Shown: positions 46,513-56,577 of the stretch, in pieces
How positions within the stretch are numbered: position 1 is the stretch's first letter
Layout of the letters: every line of letters begins with the position of its first letter
Source of the DNA: Candidatus Limnocylindria bacterium
Lineage (GTDB): Bacteria > Chloroflexota > Limnocylindria > P2-11E
DNA: 64,000 nucleotides
Direction: 5' to 3'
Assembly (NCBI GenBank): GCA_041486085.1
Contig: JBGPKU010000005.1
Span: forward strand, 16,402 to 80,401
The notes under the pieces: generated by a model
What the model saw: only the letters and a program-made list of their open reading frames with translations
Database searches by the model: none
What the model was told of the DNA's origin: nothing
Position numbers and translations under genes: made by a program

Positions 46513-47139
46513 TCAGAGCCTTCGCGCAACGAAGGCGACGATCGCCTCCAGCGCCTCTTCGCCGTAGGGGGCGGCGAACACGCCTCGCGAATGCTCCTTG
46601 CCGCCGAAGACCAGCAGCGTCTTGGGAGCCCCGGCGGCGGCGAAGGCGCGCCGCACGTGCGCCATGGCGCCGGTGGCATCTGCCTCGGCGCAGACAAAGA
46701 GCTTGCGGCCCGTCACGCGGCGCGAGAGATCGTCGGGTGTCTCGAGGACGGGCGCCGACACGCTCACCACGCACTCGATGTCGCCCTCGAAGCTCGACGC
46801 GAGCACCGCGTGTCCGCCGAGCGAGCATCCGACGAGCGCGATCTCCGAAACGCCATGCCCGCGCAGCAGCTTCTTGGTGGCGTGAAGGTCGACGGCCGGG
46901 GACCACGGCGCGGGGGGAGCGTACTCGTCGGTCGCGCCTGTCGAGCCGTCATACCCGCGCATGTTGAGCGCGAGCGCCGCGACGCCACGAGCGGCGAAGC
47001 GCGGTGCGATGTCCCGCCAACCGCTCGCGTCCCAGTCCTTTCCGTGCACGAGGACGACCGCGCGCTTCGCGGGCAGCTCGCCATACAGATCCGCCTGGAG
47101 CGTCTCCGCGCCGCTGGCGATGCGGAGCGTCCGGCTCAT
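46513..47139 (-). CDS. Alpha/beta hydrolase
   Basis: It has VVLVHG, the nucleophile elbow GCSLGG and a C-terminal His (GKEHS). Confidence 0.85.
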   Translation of the reverse strand: MSRTLRIASGAETLQADLYGELPAKRAVVLVHGKDWDASGWRDIAPRFAARGVAALALNMRGYDGSTGATDEYAPPAPWSPAVDLHATKKLLRGHGVSEIALVGCSLGGHAVLASSFEGDIECVVSVSAPVLETPDDLSRRVTGRKLFVCAEADATGAMAHVRRAFAAAGAPKTLLVFGGKEHSRGVFAAPYGEEALEAIVAFVARRL

Positions 47140-48098
47140 GGGACCGGGTCGAGCAGCGGCTTGTCGTCGAGGAATGCGAGGATGTTCTCGGCCGCGCGCA
47201 CGGCCATGCGAACGCGTGTGCGCTCCGAGGCGGACGCGATGTGCGGAAGGAGCACGGCCCTCTCCTGTTCGAGGAGCAGCGGATCGACCTGCGGCTCGCG
47301 CTCGTACACGTCGACGCCGGCACCGGCGATGACCCCGTCGCGGAGCGCCTCGGCGAGCGCCCGCTCGTCGACCACCGGGCCGCGCGATCCGTTGATCAGG
47401 ATCGCGGTCTTCTTCATCTGGCGCAACCGCTTCGCGTCGATGAGATGCCGCGTCTCGGCCATGAGCGGGACGTGCAGCGTGACGAAGTCCGATCGTGCGA
47501 GGACCTCGTCGAGGGTGACGAACGACGCGCCGAACTCCTTCTCCGCTGCCTCGTTCCGCATCGCATCGGCGTACAGGATCTTCATGCGGAACCCCATCGC
47601 GCGTCGCGCCATGGCCCGCCCGATCCGGCCCATGCCCACGATGCCGAGCGTCGCCTCATACACGTCGACGCCGAGGAAGAGGAACGGCGTCCAGCCTCGA
47701 TAGCGGCCGGCGCGAAGAAAGCGCTCCGATTCGGGAAGGCGTCTCGCGGCGGCCAGCAGGAGCGCGAAGATGCCGTCGGCCGTCGTCTCGTCCAGGATCC
47801 CGGGCGCGAAAGTGACCGGGATCCCGCGCTCGCGCGCGGCCGCCAGGTCGATGTTGTCGTAGCCGGTGCCCATCGTGGCGATCATCCGCAGCTTTGCCGC
47901 GCCGCGGATCGCGTCGGCCGTGAGCGGATTCGCGGGAAGCGTGTAGATGATGTCGGCCTCGCGCACCAGCGGGACGACCTCGGCGGGCGTCGGTAGTGGT
48001 GGCTCGGATGGCCCGACGACGACCTTCGCGCGGGGCCTCAGCATTTCCAGCGCCTGCTCGGGGACCGGTCGAGTCACGACGATCGTCGTCTCTGCCAC
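47136..48098 (-). CDS. D-2-hydroxyacid dehydrogenase (glyoxylate/hydroxypyruvate reductase-like)
   Basis: Motifs GTGYDNID, GIVGMGRIG, LINGSRGPVVDE, DVYEREP and LPHIASAS are present. Confidence 0.93.
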   Translation of the reverse strand: MAETTIVVTRPVPEQALEMLRPRAKVVVGPSEPPLPTPAEVVPLVREADIIYTLPANPLTADAIRGAAKLRMIATMGTGYDNIDLAAARERGIPVTFAPGILDETTADGIFALLLAAARRLPESERFLRAGRYRGWTPFLFLGVDVYEATLGIVGMGRIGRAMARRAMGFRMKILYADAMRNEAAEKEFGASFVTLDEVLARSDFVTLHVPLMAETRHLIDAKRLRQMKKTAILINGSRGPVVDERALAEALRDGVIAGAGVDVYEREPQVDPLLLEQERAVLLPHIASASERTRVRMAVRAAENILAFLDDKPLLDPVP

Positions 48099-48141
48099 GG
48101 GCCGTGAGCATACGTCGCCCGCGCGGCCGACAATTGGCCCG

Positions 48142-48834
48142 ATGCCACGACGGCGACAGCGCTCGCGTCACGGTCGATCGAGTGAGACCGCATCCACGCC
48201 GCCGGCCGACTCGACGCGGCCCGCGCCGTCGCAGCGCACGGCGCGACCCGGAGCGCCATCCGATGCGAGCAAGAGAAGCGGGGCGGCGCGGCCGCACCGG
48301 CGGTCGAACTACGCGTGGCATCGCCGAGTCCCGTGGATCGCGGTCGGCGCGCTCGCGGTCGTGCTCGTCGCGGGCGCACTCGTCGCGCGGCAGATGGGCG
48401 TCGGTGTGACAGCGGGTCGATACATCGCGGGCGGTGGCGTCGGAGACCACGTGCCGGTCGGCCAGACGATCGCATATCCCTCGTATCCGCCGACGTCGGG
48501 GCGGCACTCCGACTCTCCCGCGACCTGGGGCTTCCACACCGAGCCCGTGGTGGACGAGCTCGCGGTGCACAACCTCGAGCACGGCGGCGTCGTGGTGTCG
48601 CACAACAACATCCCGGCCGATGACCTCGTGAGGATCCGCGCGCTCCTCACGTCGTATCCGAGGGACAAGTACGGGGAGGTCAAGCTGCTGATCCGTCCCT
48701 ACGACAAGATCGCGCCTGGCACCATCGTGCTGACCGCGTGGAACTGGCTCGACGAGCTCGCCACGTACGACGAAGCGCGTCTGAAGGCGTTCATGGACGC
48801 GCACCTGAACAAATGCTGCGAGGACCAGCGCTAG
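48142..48834 (+). CDS. DUF3105-like membrane-anchored protein
   Basis: A basic N-terminus and a TM helix precede YPSYPPTSGRH, VHNLEHGGVVV and IVLTAWN. Confidence 0.8.
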   Translation: MPRRRQRSRHGRSSETASTPPADSTRPAPSQRTARPGAPSDASKRSGAARPHRRSNYAWHRRVPWIAVGALAVVLVAGALVARQMGVGVTAGRYIAGGGVGDHVPVGQTIAYPSYPPTSGRHSDSPATWGFHTEPVVDELAVHNLEHGGVVVSHNNIPADDLVRIRALLTSYPRDKYGEVKLLIRPYDKIAPGTIVLTAWNWLDELATYDEARLKAFMDAHLNKCCEDQR

Positions 48835-48881
48835 GTCCGGCCAGTTCGCAAGCGCGGGCCGTCCGAGGCTATCGTCGCCGG

Positions 48882-49766
48882 GTGCCGAGTGACCGCGCGA
48901 CCTCACCGACACCAGGCAAGCGTGTGGCGGTCGACGCGGTCGGCGAGCACAACCGGCGCATGTGGGAGCGGCTCGCCGACGCCGGCATCCCGTACACGCG
49001 TCCGCTGGGAAGGCCGCCGCGGGACGTCAAGGGAAAGCGGCGCTTTCTCGACGAGCTTACCTATGGACGTATCCGCGGCTTGCGCCTCGACGGAAAGAGA
49101 GTGCTCTCGCTCGCCGGCGGGGGCGGCTGGGACGCGATCCTCTTCGCGGAGCTCGGGGCCGAGACGACGCTCTTCGATCTCTCGCGGGGACAGCTTCGCA
49201 CCGTGCGTTCGCTCGCGAAGGATCGGGGCACGAAGCTCCGGTTCGTGCAGGGAGACATGCGCGACCTCTCGAAGCTCGCGGCCGGCGGATTCGATCTCGT
49301 CTACCACCACCACTCGCTGGTATTCGTACCGGATGCGGCGCGCGTGATCCGCGAGGTGGCGCGGGTGCTCGCGCCCGGCGGCATCTATGTGTTCTCGACG
49401 ATGCATCCGGTCACGCTCCGGATGTACGAGACCTGGACCGGATCGGGTTGGGGATTCAAACAGCGCTACTTCGAGAACGGACCCGTCCCCGTGAAGAACG
49501 CGACGTGGGATTTCGACGACGTGAAGGTCGAAGCGCCGACGCTCGAATACGCGCATCGCTTCTCGGATCTGGTCAACGCCTGTGTGCGTGCGAAGCTCGT
49601 CGTCGACGGTCTTTGGGAGTGGTCGCCCGGCGACATGGGTGGGCCCGCGGGTTCGGACGACGAGCTGGAGCGCTACCTGCCGGCGTACATCGCGATCAGG
49701 GCGCGTCGTCCCCCCGCCGCCGCGGCTTCGCGCTCGCGTCCGCGTACTGCGAAACGATCTCGCTGA
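48882..49766 (+). CDS. Class I SAM-dependent methyltransferase
   Basis: Motifs VLSLAGGGG, FDLS, GDMRDLS and VARVLAPGG are present. Confidence 0.88.
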   Translation: MPSDRATSPTPGKRVAVDAVGEHNRRMWERLADAGIPYTRPLGRPPRDVKGKRRFLDELTYGRIRGLRLDGKRVLSLAGGGGWDAILFAELGAETTLFDLSRGQLRTVRSLAKDRGTKLRFVQGDMRDLSKLAAGGFDLVYHHHSLVFVPDAARVIREVARVLAPGGIYVFSTMHPVTLRMYETWTGSGWGFKQRYFENGPVPVKNATWDFDDVKVEAPTLEYAHRFSDLVNACVRAKLVVDGLWEWSPGDMGGPAGSDDELERYLPAYIAIRARRPPAAAASRSRPRTAKRSR

Positions 49767-50022
49767 TCCTCCGCATCGCGACGGGAATGTTGACGGCCCA
49801 GCCCACGCCGACGACCTTCTCCGAGAACACGCGATCCGTGTCGGGGTCCCAGTACGCCTCGCGGAATCGCTCGAGCGTCGGAACGCGGAAGTCGTAGGGC
49901 ACGACACCGGCGACCTTTCCCTGCCAGCTCCGCTCCTCCGGTGGCTTCCTCAGCTCCTGGTAGATCGCCGCGACCAGCGCGAGCCACGCGAAGGTGCGTA
50001 CGAGCTTCACCAGGTCGGTCAT
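49696..50022 (-). CDS. Small membrane-associated hypothetical protein (DUF5808-like C-terminus)
   Basis: ATG 50022 overlaps the pyrE stop. The protein reads VPYDFRVPT...YWDPD..VFSEKVVGVGWAVN. Confidence 0.7.
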   Translation of the reverse strand: MTDLVKLVRTFAWLALVAAIYQELRKPPEERSWQGKVAGVVPYDFRVPTLERFREAYWDPDTDRVFSEKVVGVGWAVNIPVAMRRISEIVSQYADASAKPRRRGDDAP

Positions 50023-50615
50023 GCCGTCGCCGCCTGAGCAGGGGTCGTGCCAGGCTTCGTCACGGAGATCCCACGCGCACAGAGCGGACACTCCGACGGC
50101 GCGTACGTCGCGATGTCGAGCGACCACAGCGCGTGGAGCGGCACGTCGAGCGTCGCGTTGCCACCCGAGCGATCGACCAGCACCGCGACGCCGATCACGT
50201 CGGCGCCGGGCGAGCGCACCGCCGCGATCGTCTCGTGCACCGAGCCGCCGGTGGTCATGATGTCGTCGACCACGAGGACGCGCTCGCCGCGCGCGAGCTG
50301 GAAGCCACGACGAAAGATGCGACCCGGCGCGCCGTCGACTCGCTCCGCGTAGACCGCGCGCGTTCCGAGCTGTCTTGAGACCTCATGCGCCAAGATAATT
50401 CCGCCGGTCGTCGGGCCGGCGACGGTCTCCACGTTCCGCGAACGCGCCCATTCCGCGATCGCGGCGCAGAGACGCTCGGTCTGGCGCGGCCACTGCAGCA
50501 CCTGGAACTTCTCGAGGTAGCGCGGGGAATGCTTGCCCGACGCGAGCACGAAGTGCCCCTGGCGGAACGCGCCCGCATCGCTGAAGATGCGTTCGACTTC
50601 ATCGGGTCCGATCAC
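50019..50615 (-). CDS. pyrE: Orotate phosphoribosyltransferase
   Basis: It has GHFVLASGKHSPRY, the PRPP motif VLVVDDIMTTGGS, and LVDRS. Confidence 0.93.
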   Translation of the reverse strand: MIGPDEVERIFSDAGAFRQGHFVLASGKHSPRYLEKFQVLQWPRQTERLCAAIAEWARSRNVETVAGPTTGGIILAHEVSRQLGTRAVYAERVDGAPGRIFRRGFQLARGERVLVVDDIMTTGGSVHETIAAVRSPGADVIGVAVLVDRSGGNATLDVPLHALWSLDIATYAPSECPLCARGISVTKPGTTPAQAATA

Positions 50616-50652
50616 GGTGCCGACAGTATCCTGCGGAGATGGAGAGCGTGCG

Positions 50653-51309
50653 GTGAGGGTGCGCGACGTCACGCTCACGCTGCGACCCGGTATGACGACG
50701 TGGGGCGATGAGCCAGGCCCGACGATCACGCCGCTGCGCCGTATCGCGCGAGGCGAAGGGGTGAATGTGTCACTCGTCTCGTTCGCGAACCACAGCGGCA
50801 CGCACGTCGATCCGCCGAGCCACTTTATCGAGGGCGGCGCCACCGCGGACGAGCTTCCGCTCGACGCGATGCTCGGTCCGTGCCTCGTGCTCGTCTACGA
50901 CGGAGCCGGGCATGTGTCCGGCGAGTGGCTCGAGCAGGCGGCCGTGCCCGCGGGGACGACGCGGCTGCTCATCAGGACCAGGAACAGCGAGCTGTGGAAC
51001 GACCCGCTGCAGAGGTTCACGCGCGAGATCGTCGCGGTCAACGCCTCCGCGGCCCGCTGGTGCGTCTCGCGCGGCGTGCGCCTGGTCGGAGTCGACTACC
51101 TGACGATCGAGCCGCAGGGTCCCGAGAAGGTCGGTTACCCCACGCACATGACGCTGCTGGGCGCCGGTGTCGTGATCATCGAGGGTCTCGACCTGCGTGG
51201 CGTGCCCGCCGGCGCCTATGACCTCATCTGCGCGCCGATCAAGATCGAAAGCGGCGACGGAGCCCCTGCCCGCGTGCTCCTCGTCGAGCCCGACCGCCCG
51301 ATACGATAG
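50653..51309 (+). CDS. Cyclase family metallohydrolase (kynurenine formamidase-like)
   Basis: Motifs HSGTHVDPPSH, GVDYLTI, IIEGLDL and DGAPARV are present. Confidence 0.9.
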   Translation: MRVRDVTLTLRPGMTTWGDEPGPTITPLRRIARGEGVNVSLVSFANHSGTHVDPPSHFIEGGATADELPLDAMLGPCLVLVYDGAGHVSGEWLEQAAVPAGTTRLLIRTRNSELWNDPLQRFTREIVAVNASAARWCVSRGVRLVGVDYLTIEPQGPEKVGYPTHMTLLGAGVVIIEGLDLRGVPAGAYDLICAPIKIESGDGAPARVLLVEPDRPIR

Positions 51310-51314
51310 GTCTG

Positions 51315-51989
51315 ATGGCCGTCTCACAGCACCCGATCGCTCTGCGCCGCGACCTCATCCGCATCTTCTCCGAGGATCGACTCGTCGCGGTCATCCGCAC
51401 GCCCACGGTCGAGGCGGCCGAGAGCGCGGCACGCGCGATGGCGCGCGCCGGCGTGCGCCTGGTCGAGATCACCCTCACCGTGCCGGACGCCTACGAGCTC
51501 ATCGCGAAGCTCGCGACCGACGACGACTTCGCTCGACAGGGTGCGGTCGTCGGCGCAGGCACGGTGCTGTCGGGTGCGCAGGCCGAGGATTCGCTGATCG
51601 CGGGGGCGCGCTTCCTGGTGTCACCCGCGCTGGTCCCCGAGATGATCGCCGTGGCGCGGGCCCGCGACGCGATGACGATGCCCGGGACCATGACGCCCAC
51701 CGAGATGGTCAAGGCCGCCGAGCTCGGTGCCGACTACATCAAGGTCTATCCGCTCGCGACGATCGGCGGGCCCGACTTCATCACCAACGTCCGCCGTGCG
51801 CTGATGCACCTTCCACTGGTGGCGACCGGCAACGTCGAGTACGACGAGATCCCCGCCTACCTCAAGGCGGGCGTCGTCGGCTTCGGCATAGGCGGACCGC
51901 TCATCCGTCCGGATCTGCTCGCGAAGGGTGATCTGGACGGCGTGGTCGCGAACGCCAAGCGGTTCCTCGCGGCGACGCGCCGGGGCTAA
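51315..51989 (+). CDS. eda: KDPG/KHG aldolase family protein
   Basis: Motifs VAVIR, VEITLT, VGAGTVL, FLVSP, PGTMTPTE and IKVYP are present. Confidence 0.85.
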   Translation: MAVSQHPIALRRDLIRIFSEDRLVAVIRTPTVEAAESAARAMARAGVRLVEITLTVPDAYELIAKLATDDDFARQGAVVGAGTVLSGAQAEDSLIAGARFLVSPALVPEMIAVARARDAMTMPGTMTPTEMVKAAELGADYIKVYPLATIGGPDFITNVRRALMHLPLVATGNVEYDEIPAYLKAGVVGFGIGGPLIRPDLLAKGDLDGVVANAKRFLAATRRG

Positions 51990-51990
51990 C

Positions 51991-54006
51991 GTGCCTCGCG
52001 ACCTCCCACTGGGCAACGGGGACTTCCTCGTCACCTTCGACGCCAGCTACACGCTCCGCGACGTCTATTACCCCAACGTCGGTCAGGAGAACCACACCGG
52101 TGGCGAGCCGTGCCGCTTTGGCGTCTGGGCCGACGGTGCGTTCAGCTGGATCTCGGAGGACGGCTGGGAGCGGCGCATCGACTACGAGCACGAGACACTC
52201 GTCGGCGAGACGCATCTGCGTCATGCCGGCCTCGGACTGGCGTTGCACTGCCGCGACGCGGTGGACTTCGACCGGAACATCTACTTCAAAGAGGTCACGG
52301 TCGAGGACGAGCTCGGTCGCGATCGCGACGTGCGTCTGTTCCAGCACTTCGACGCGCATCTCTACGGCAACGATGTCGGCGATTCCGCGTACTACGACCC
52401 GCGCTCGCAGGCGATCGTCCACTACAAGGGCCGTCGCTACTTCCTCCTGTCGGGCACGAGCGGCGGGCACGCCTTCGGGCTGTCCTCGTTCGCCATCGGT
52501 CAAAAGGACGCGCCGGGCCGGGAGGGAACCTGGCGCGACGCGGAGGACGGCGCGCTCTCCCGCAACCCGGTCGCGCAGGGCTCCATCGACAGCGTCGGCA
52601 TGCTCGCGACCACCGTGCCCGCGAGCGGCAGCGAGACGTGCGTCTTCTGGCTCGCGGCCGGCACCGCGTATGACGAGGTGCGGGAGCTCGACAAGCTGGT
52701 GCGCGAGCGCACGCCCGCGTCGTTCCTCGCGCGCACGAAGGACTACTGGCGCCTCTGGGCGAACAAGGATGAGACGATCGCCGAGCACGTCTCGCCCGAG
52801 CTTGCGCGCTTGTACAAGCGATCGACGCTCGTGATCCGCACCCAGACCGACAACCGCGGAGCGATCATCGCCGGCAACGATTCGGACGTGCTGCGCTTCA
52901 ACCGCGACACGTACTCGTACCTGTGGCCGCGCGATGGCGCGCTCGTCGCCGACGCGCTCGACCTCGCCGGCTATGGGGAGGTCACGCGCCGCTTCTTCTA
53001 TCTGTGCGGCGACCTCATCACCCGCGAGGGCTACCTCCTGCACAAGTACAACCCCGACGGATCGCTCGGATCCTCATGGCATGCCTGGTCGACGCCGGAC
53101 GGGCGCCTCGAGCTGCCGATCCAGGAGGACGAGACGGGCCTGCCGATCTGGGCGCTGTGGCAGCACTACGACCGCGATCGCGACATCGAGTTCGTGCGGC
53201 CGCTCTATCGAAAGCTCGTGAGGGCGGGCGCGGATTTCATGGCGACGTACCGCGAAGCGCGGACGAAGCTGCCGGCCGCGTCGTTCGATCTCTGGGAGGA
53301 GCGGCGAGGGATCCACGCCTTCACGACGGCGGCGGTCTTCGCGGGCCTGACGGCCGCGGCGAACTTCGCCGTCGCCTTCGGCCAGCACGAGTACGCGAAG
53401 CGGTACGCCGTGGCGGCGCAGGAGATCCGCGAAGCGGCACTGACGCATCTCTGGGATGCGGAACGCGGCCGGTTCGTGCGCAGTCTCGCGGTGCTGTCCG
53501 ACGGGCTGATCGTGAAGGACGCGACCGTGGACATCTCGCTCGCCGGCATCTTCCTCTTCGGGCTGCTGCCGGCGGACGACCCGCGCGTCGTCTCGACGAT
53601 GAAGGCGGTGGAAGCGCGCTTGACCGTGCGAACAGACGTCGGCGGCGTGGCGCGCTACGAGGACGACCACTACTTCCAGATCTCGTCGGACATCGCGACG
53701 GTGCCCGGCAACCCCTGGTTCATCAGCACGCTGTGGCTGGCGGAGTGGTACATCGCCACTGCCCGCACGCTCGACGATCTGGAGCGGCCGCGCGGGCTGC
53801 TCGAGTGGTGCCGAACCAAGGCGCTGCCGTCCGGTGTACTCCCGGAGCAGGTGCATCCTTATTCCGGTGAGCCACTGTCGGTGTCTCCACTCACCTGGTC
53901 GCATGGAGCGTTCGTGAGCGCGGTCCAGCACTACGCGCGGGCCTCGGCGGCGATCCGCGGTCGCATGCGCGATCGCGCGACGCGCTCGGGCGAGGTGATC
54001 GCGTGA
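51991..54006 (+). CDS. GH15 glycoside hydrolase (glucoamylase/trehalase-like)
   Basis: Motifs YSYLWPRDG, IQEDETG, FDLWEE, GGVARYEDD and LPEQV..SVSPLTWSH are present. Confidence 0.92.
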   Translation: MPRDLPLGNGDFLVTFDASYTLRDVYYPNVGQENHTGGEPCRFGVWADGAFSWISEDGWERRIDYEHETLVGETHLRHAGLGLALHCRDAVDFDRNIYFKEVTVEDELGRDRDVRLFQHFDAHLYGNDVGDSAYYDPRSQAIVHYKGRRYFLLSGTSGGHAFGLSSFAIGQKDAPGREGTWRDAEDGALSRNPVAQGSIDSVGMLATTVPASGSETCVFWLAAGTAYDEVRELDKLVRERTPASFLARTKDYWRLWANKDETIAEHVSPELARLYKRSTLVIRTQTDNRGAIIAGNDSDVLRFNRDTYSYLWPRDGALVADALDLAGYGEVTRRFFYLCGDLITREGYLLHKYNPDGSLGSSWHAWSTPDGRLELPIQEDETGLPIWALWQHYDRDRDIEFVRPLYRKLVRAGADFMATYREARTKLPAASFDLWEERRGIHAFTTAAVFAGLTAAANFAVAFGQHEYAKRYAVAAQEIREAALTHLWDAERGRFVRSLAVLSDGLIVKDATVDISLAGIFLFGLLPADDPRVVSTMKAVEARLTVRTDVGGVARYEDDHYFQISSDIATVPGNPWFISTLWLAEWYIATARTLDDLERPRGLLEWCRTKALPSGVLPEQVHPYSGEPLSVSPLTWSHGAFVSAVQHYARASAAIRGRMRDRATRSGEVIA

Positions 54007-55022
54007 TGGCGCGCCCCGTCGCCGTGGTGCTGCTCCTCGCCGCGATCGTTGCCGCGGGCTGCACGTCGCTCGAGAGCGCGGCGCCGACCCCCGCCCCGGG
54101 CGTCGGGCCGCGATCGACCTTCATCCTCGCGAACCCCGGAGGGCTCTCGGGGCTCGACGACGCCGGTCGGCTCATCGGCAAGGTGACCAAGCTGCCCGAC
54201 CAGAGCGCGCCCTCCACGCCGGTGTTCCACCCGTCGGGCAAGGCGCTCGCGTTCGCGTTGATCCAGCAGGATCCCAAGCGCGGGTTCGGATCGGATATCT
54301 ACACGGTCGACCTGGACGGCACGAATCTGAGGCCGGTGCTGCAGCACGAGGACAACAACGTCTTTTACGCGAGCCCCCGGTACGACGCCAGCGGCAACGT
54401 CCTCTACGTGCATCGCCGGGCGGCGATCATCACGAACGGCACGTACACCGGCAACGAGGACAGCATCGAGCGGGTCGATCTGCGGACGAACCAGCGCGCG
54501 CGTGTGGTGAAGGACGGCGCCGACCCGACGATCAGCCCGGACGGCAAGACGCTCGTCTACATCCACCTGAAAGACAGCCAGGTGGACACGCTGTGGCGCG
54601 CCGACATCGATGGAACCAACGCCCGTCCGCTCCTCAAGACCAAGGACGCCTTCTGGTACCTGCAGGCGCCGCGCTTCGCGCCGGCGGGCTGCGACGTGAT
54701 CTTCTCCGCCGCCGGGCACACCGTCGGCGGGATCGCAGGCGGTGCGACCTATGCGCTGCACCAGAGCACCGGGACCTCCGGGGTCCGGCTCGCGCATCTC
54801 TCCGTTCCGTCGGAGCTGTTCATGGTCCCCTGCGATGGCACAAGCATTCGTTCGGTCGGCCAAACCGGCGACGACGTGGTCCCGGCATGGTCGCCCGACG
54901 GCGGACGCGTCGCGTACGTGGGCTCCGGCGGGTTCTTCGTGCTCGACGTGAAGACGCAGAGCACGCGCACGCTGGCACAGGGGCAGGACTTCTTCTTCGG
55001 CGACCTCGTCTGGCTCAAGTAG
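54003..55022 (+). CDS. TolB-like beta-propeller lipoprotein
   Basis: It has the lipobox VAAGC and PD40-like repeats PVFHPSGK, PTISPDGK and PAWSPDGGRVAY. Confidence 0.8.
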   Translation: MMARPVAVVLLLAAIVAAGCTSLESAAPTPAPGVGPRSTFILANPGGLSGLDDAGRLIGKVTKLPDQSAPSTPVFHPSGKALAFALIQQDPKRGFGSDIYTVDLDGTNLRPVLQHEDNNVFYASPRYDASGNVLYVHRRAAIITNGTYTGNEDSIERVDLRTNQRARVVKDGADPTISPDGKTLVYIHLKDSQVDTLWRADIDGTNARPLLKTKDAFWYLQAPRFAPAGCDVIFSAAGHTVGGIAGGATYALHQSTGTSGVRLAHLSVPSELFMVPCDGTSIRSVGQTGDDVVPAWSPDGGRVAYVGSGGFFVLDVKTQSTRTLAQGQDFFFGDLVWLK

Positions 55023-55025
55023 CGG

Positions 55026-56141
55026 CTACGCGCTCGGCGGCAGCCGATAGCCGGCGAGCGCGGGCTCGCCGCGAAGCTTCGCGAAGCCCGGCTTGATCCG
55101 GTCATAGATGATCGCGAGGCGCTCGTCGTAGCCCACGAACGCAGACTTCATGGCGTTGATCGAGAGCTTCTCGACATCGTCGAGCGTGAGGGGAAGCACC
55201 TCCGCCAGACGCCGGAACTCCTCTGACAGCGTGACGTTCGACATGAGGCGGTTGTCGGTGTTCACCGTGACCCGGAACCGCTGGGCCAGGAAGTGCCGGA
55301 TGGGATGTTCTGCGAGCGAGGGCGCCGCGCCCGTATCGACGTTGCTCGAGGGACAGAGCTCGAGCGGGATCCGCTTGTCGCGGATGTACGTCGCGAGCGG
55401 ACCAAGGCCGGTGACCCGTTCAGCTATCCCGGTCCCCTCGACGATGACCTCCTCGATCAGCCGCACCCCGTGGCCGATGCGATGCGCGCCGCAGACCTGG
55501 ATCGCCTGCCAGATCGACTGCGGCCCGTAGCCCTCGCCGGCGTGGATGGTGATCGAGAAGTTCTCGCGATGGCAGAGCTGGAACGCGTCGAGGTGTTCCT
55601 TCGCCGGATGGCCGGCCTCCTCGCCGGCGATGTCGAAACCGACGACTCCGCGCTCGCGGTTGGCGATGGCGAGCTGCGCCATCTCGAGCGAGTCGGTTCG
55701 ATCGCGCATCGCGCAGACGATCTGACGGACGGTGATGCCGTGGCGCGACTCGGCTCGCGCGAAACCTCGCGCGACGGCCGCGACGACCTGCTGCAGCGAC
55801 AACCCGCGCGCGGTGCTGAAGATCGGCGCGTAGCGGCTCTCCGCGTACACCACGCCATCGCGTGCGAGATCCTCAGCGCATTCGTACGCCACACGCTCGA
55901 TCGCGTCGTCGGTCTGCATCACGCCGATCGTGTGCACGAAGCCGCGCAGGTACAGCGCGAGCGACCCGCTCGCGGCGCTCGCGTGGAGCCAGCGGCGGAG
56001 CTCGGTCGGGTCGGTCGTCGGAAGCGCGCCGTAGCCCTGTTCGCGCGCGAGCTCGACGACGGTCTCGGCACGCAGGCCGCCGTCGAGGTGATCGTGGAGG
56101 AGCACCTTCGGGGCGGCGCGCAATGTCTCGAGCGGGATCAC
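55026..56141 (-). CDS. add: Adenosine deaminase
   Basis: Motifs PKVLLHDHLDG, GFDIAGEE, TIHAGE, RIGHG, LELCPSSN and VNTDN are present. Confidence 0.93.
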   Translation of the reverse strand: MIPLETLRAAPKVLLHDHLDGGLRAETVVELAREQGYGALPTTDPTELRRWLHASAASGSLALYLRGFVHTIGVMQTDDAIERVAYECAEDLARDGVVYAESRYAPIFSTARGLSLQQVVAAVARGFARAESRHGITVRQIVCAMRDRTDSLEMAQLAIANRERGVVGFDIAGEEAGHPAKEHLDAFQLCHRENFSITIHAGEGYGPQSIWQAIQVCGAHRIGHGVRLIEEVIVEGTGIAERVTGLGPLATYIRDKRIPLELCPSSNVDTGAAPSLAEHPIRHFLAQRFRVTVNTDNRLMSNVTLSEEFRRLAEVLPLTLDDVEKLSINAMKSAFVGYDERLAIIYDRIKPGFAKLRGEPALAGYRLPPSA

Positions 56142-56577
56142 GCGCCGCCATGATGCTCCACGGCGCGAGCGTTTCGCCGCGGCCCGCGCGGGCGTTGGGG
56201 AACTCCAGGCCCAAGCGCTCAGCACGGCGCGATGACCGACGTGCCTCGGCCGGTCACGAGGAACCGGCCGCCCTCGAGCGGTTGGAAGGTCGACGTCGCG
56301 GGGAGCCCGCCGACGATGCGTTCGCTGCCGGTCGAGAGATCGACCAGGTGCGCCTCGCCCGCGGCGGGCCTGAACCAGAGCGTGACGCCATCCGAGACCG
56401 CGCGCAGCGCGGACCAGGCCTCGTCGTCAAGCACCGCATAGAGGTCCCGGCGCGCGAACGTAGGACGCGCGAGGACCGTCCGATGGGTGCGTAAGCCGGT
56501 TGACACCCCACGCGTCATCCGAGTGGCTTTCGCCGCGTGCGCCCGCACGCCTACGATTCCCGCGGCAAGGGGGGTTG

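Noticed and set aside
56219-56520. Minus-strand ORF segment (LYAVLDDEAW...AHLVDLSTG)
   Set aside because: It reads somewhat protein-like, possibly a beta-propeller fragment, but has no clear start or family. The evidence is too weak to annotate.
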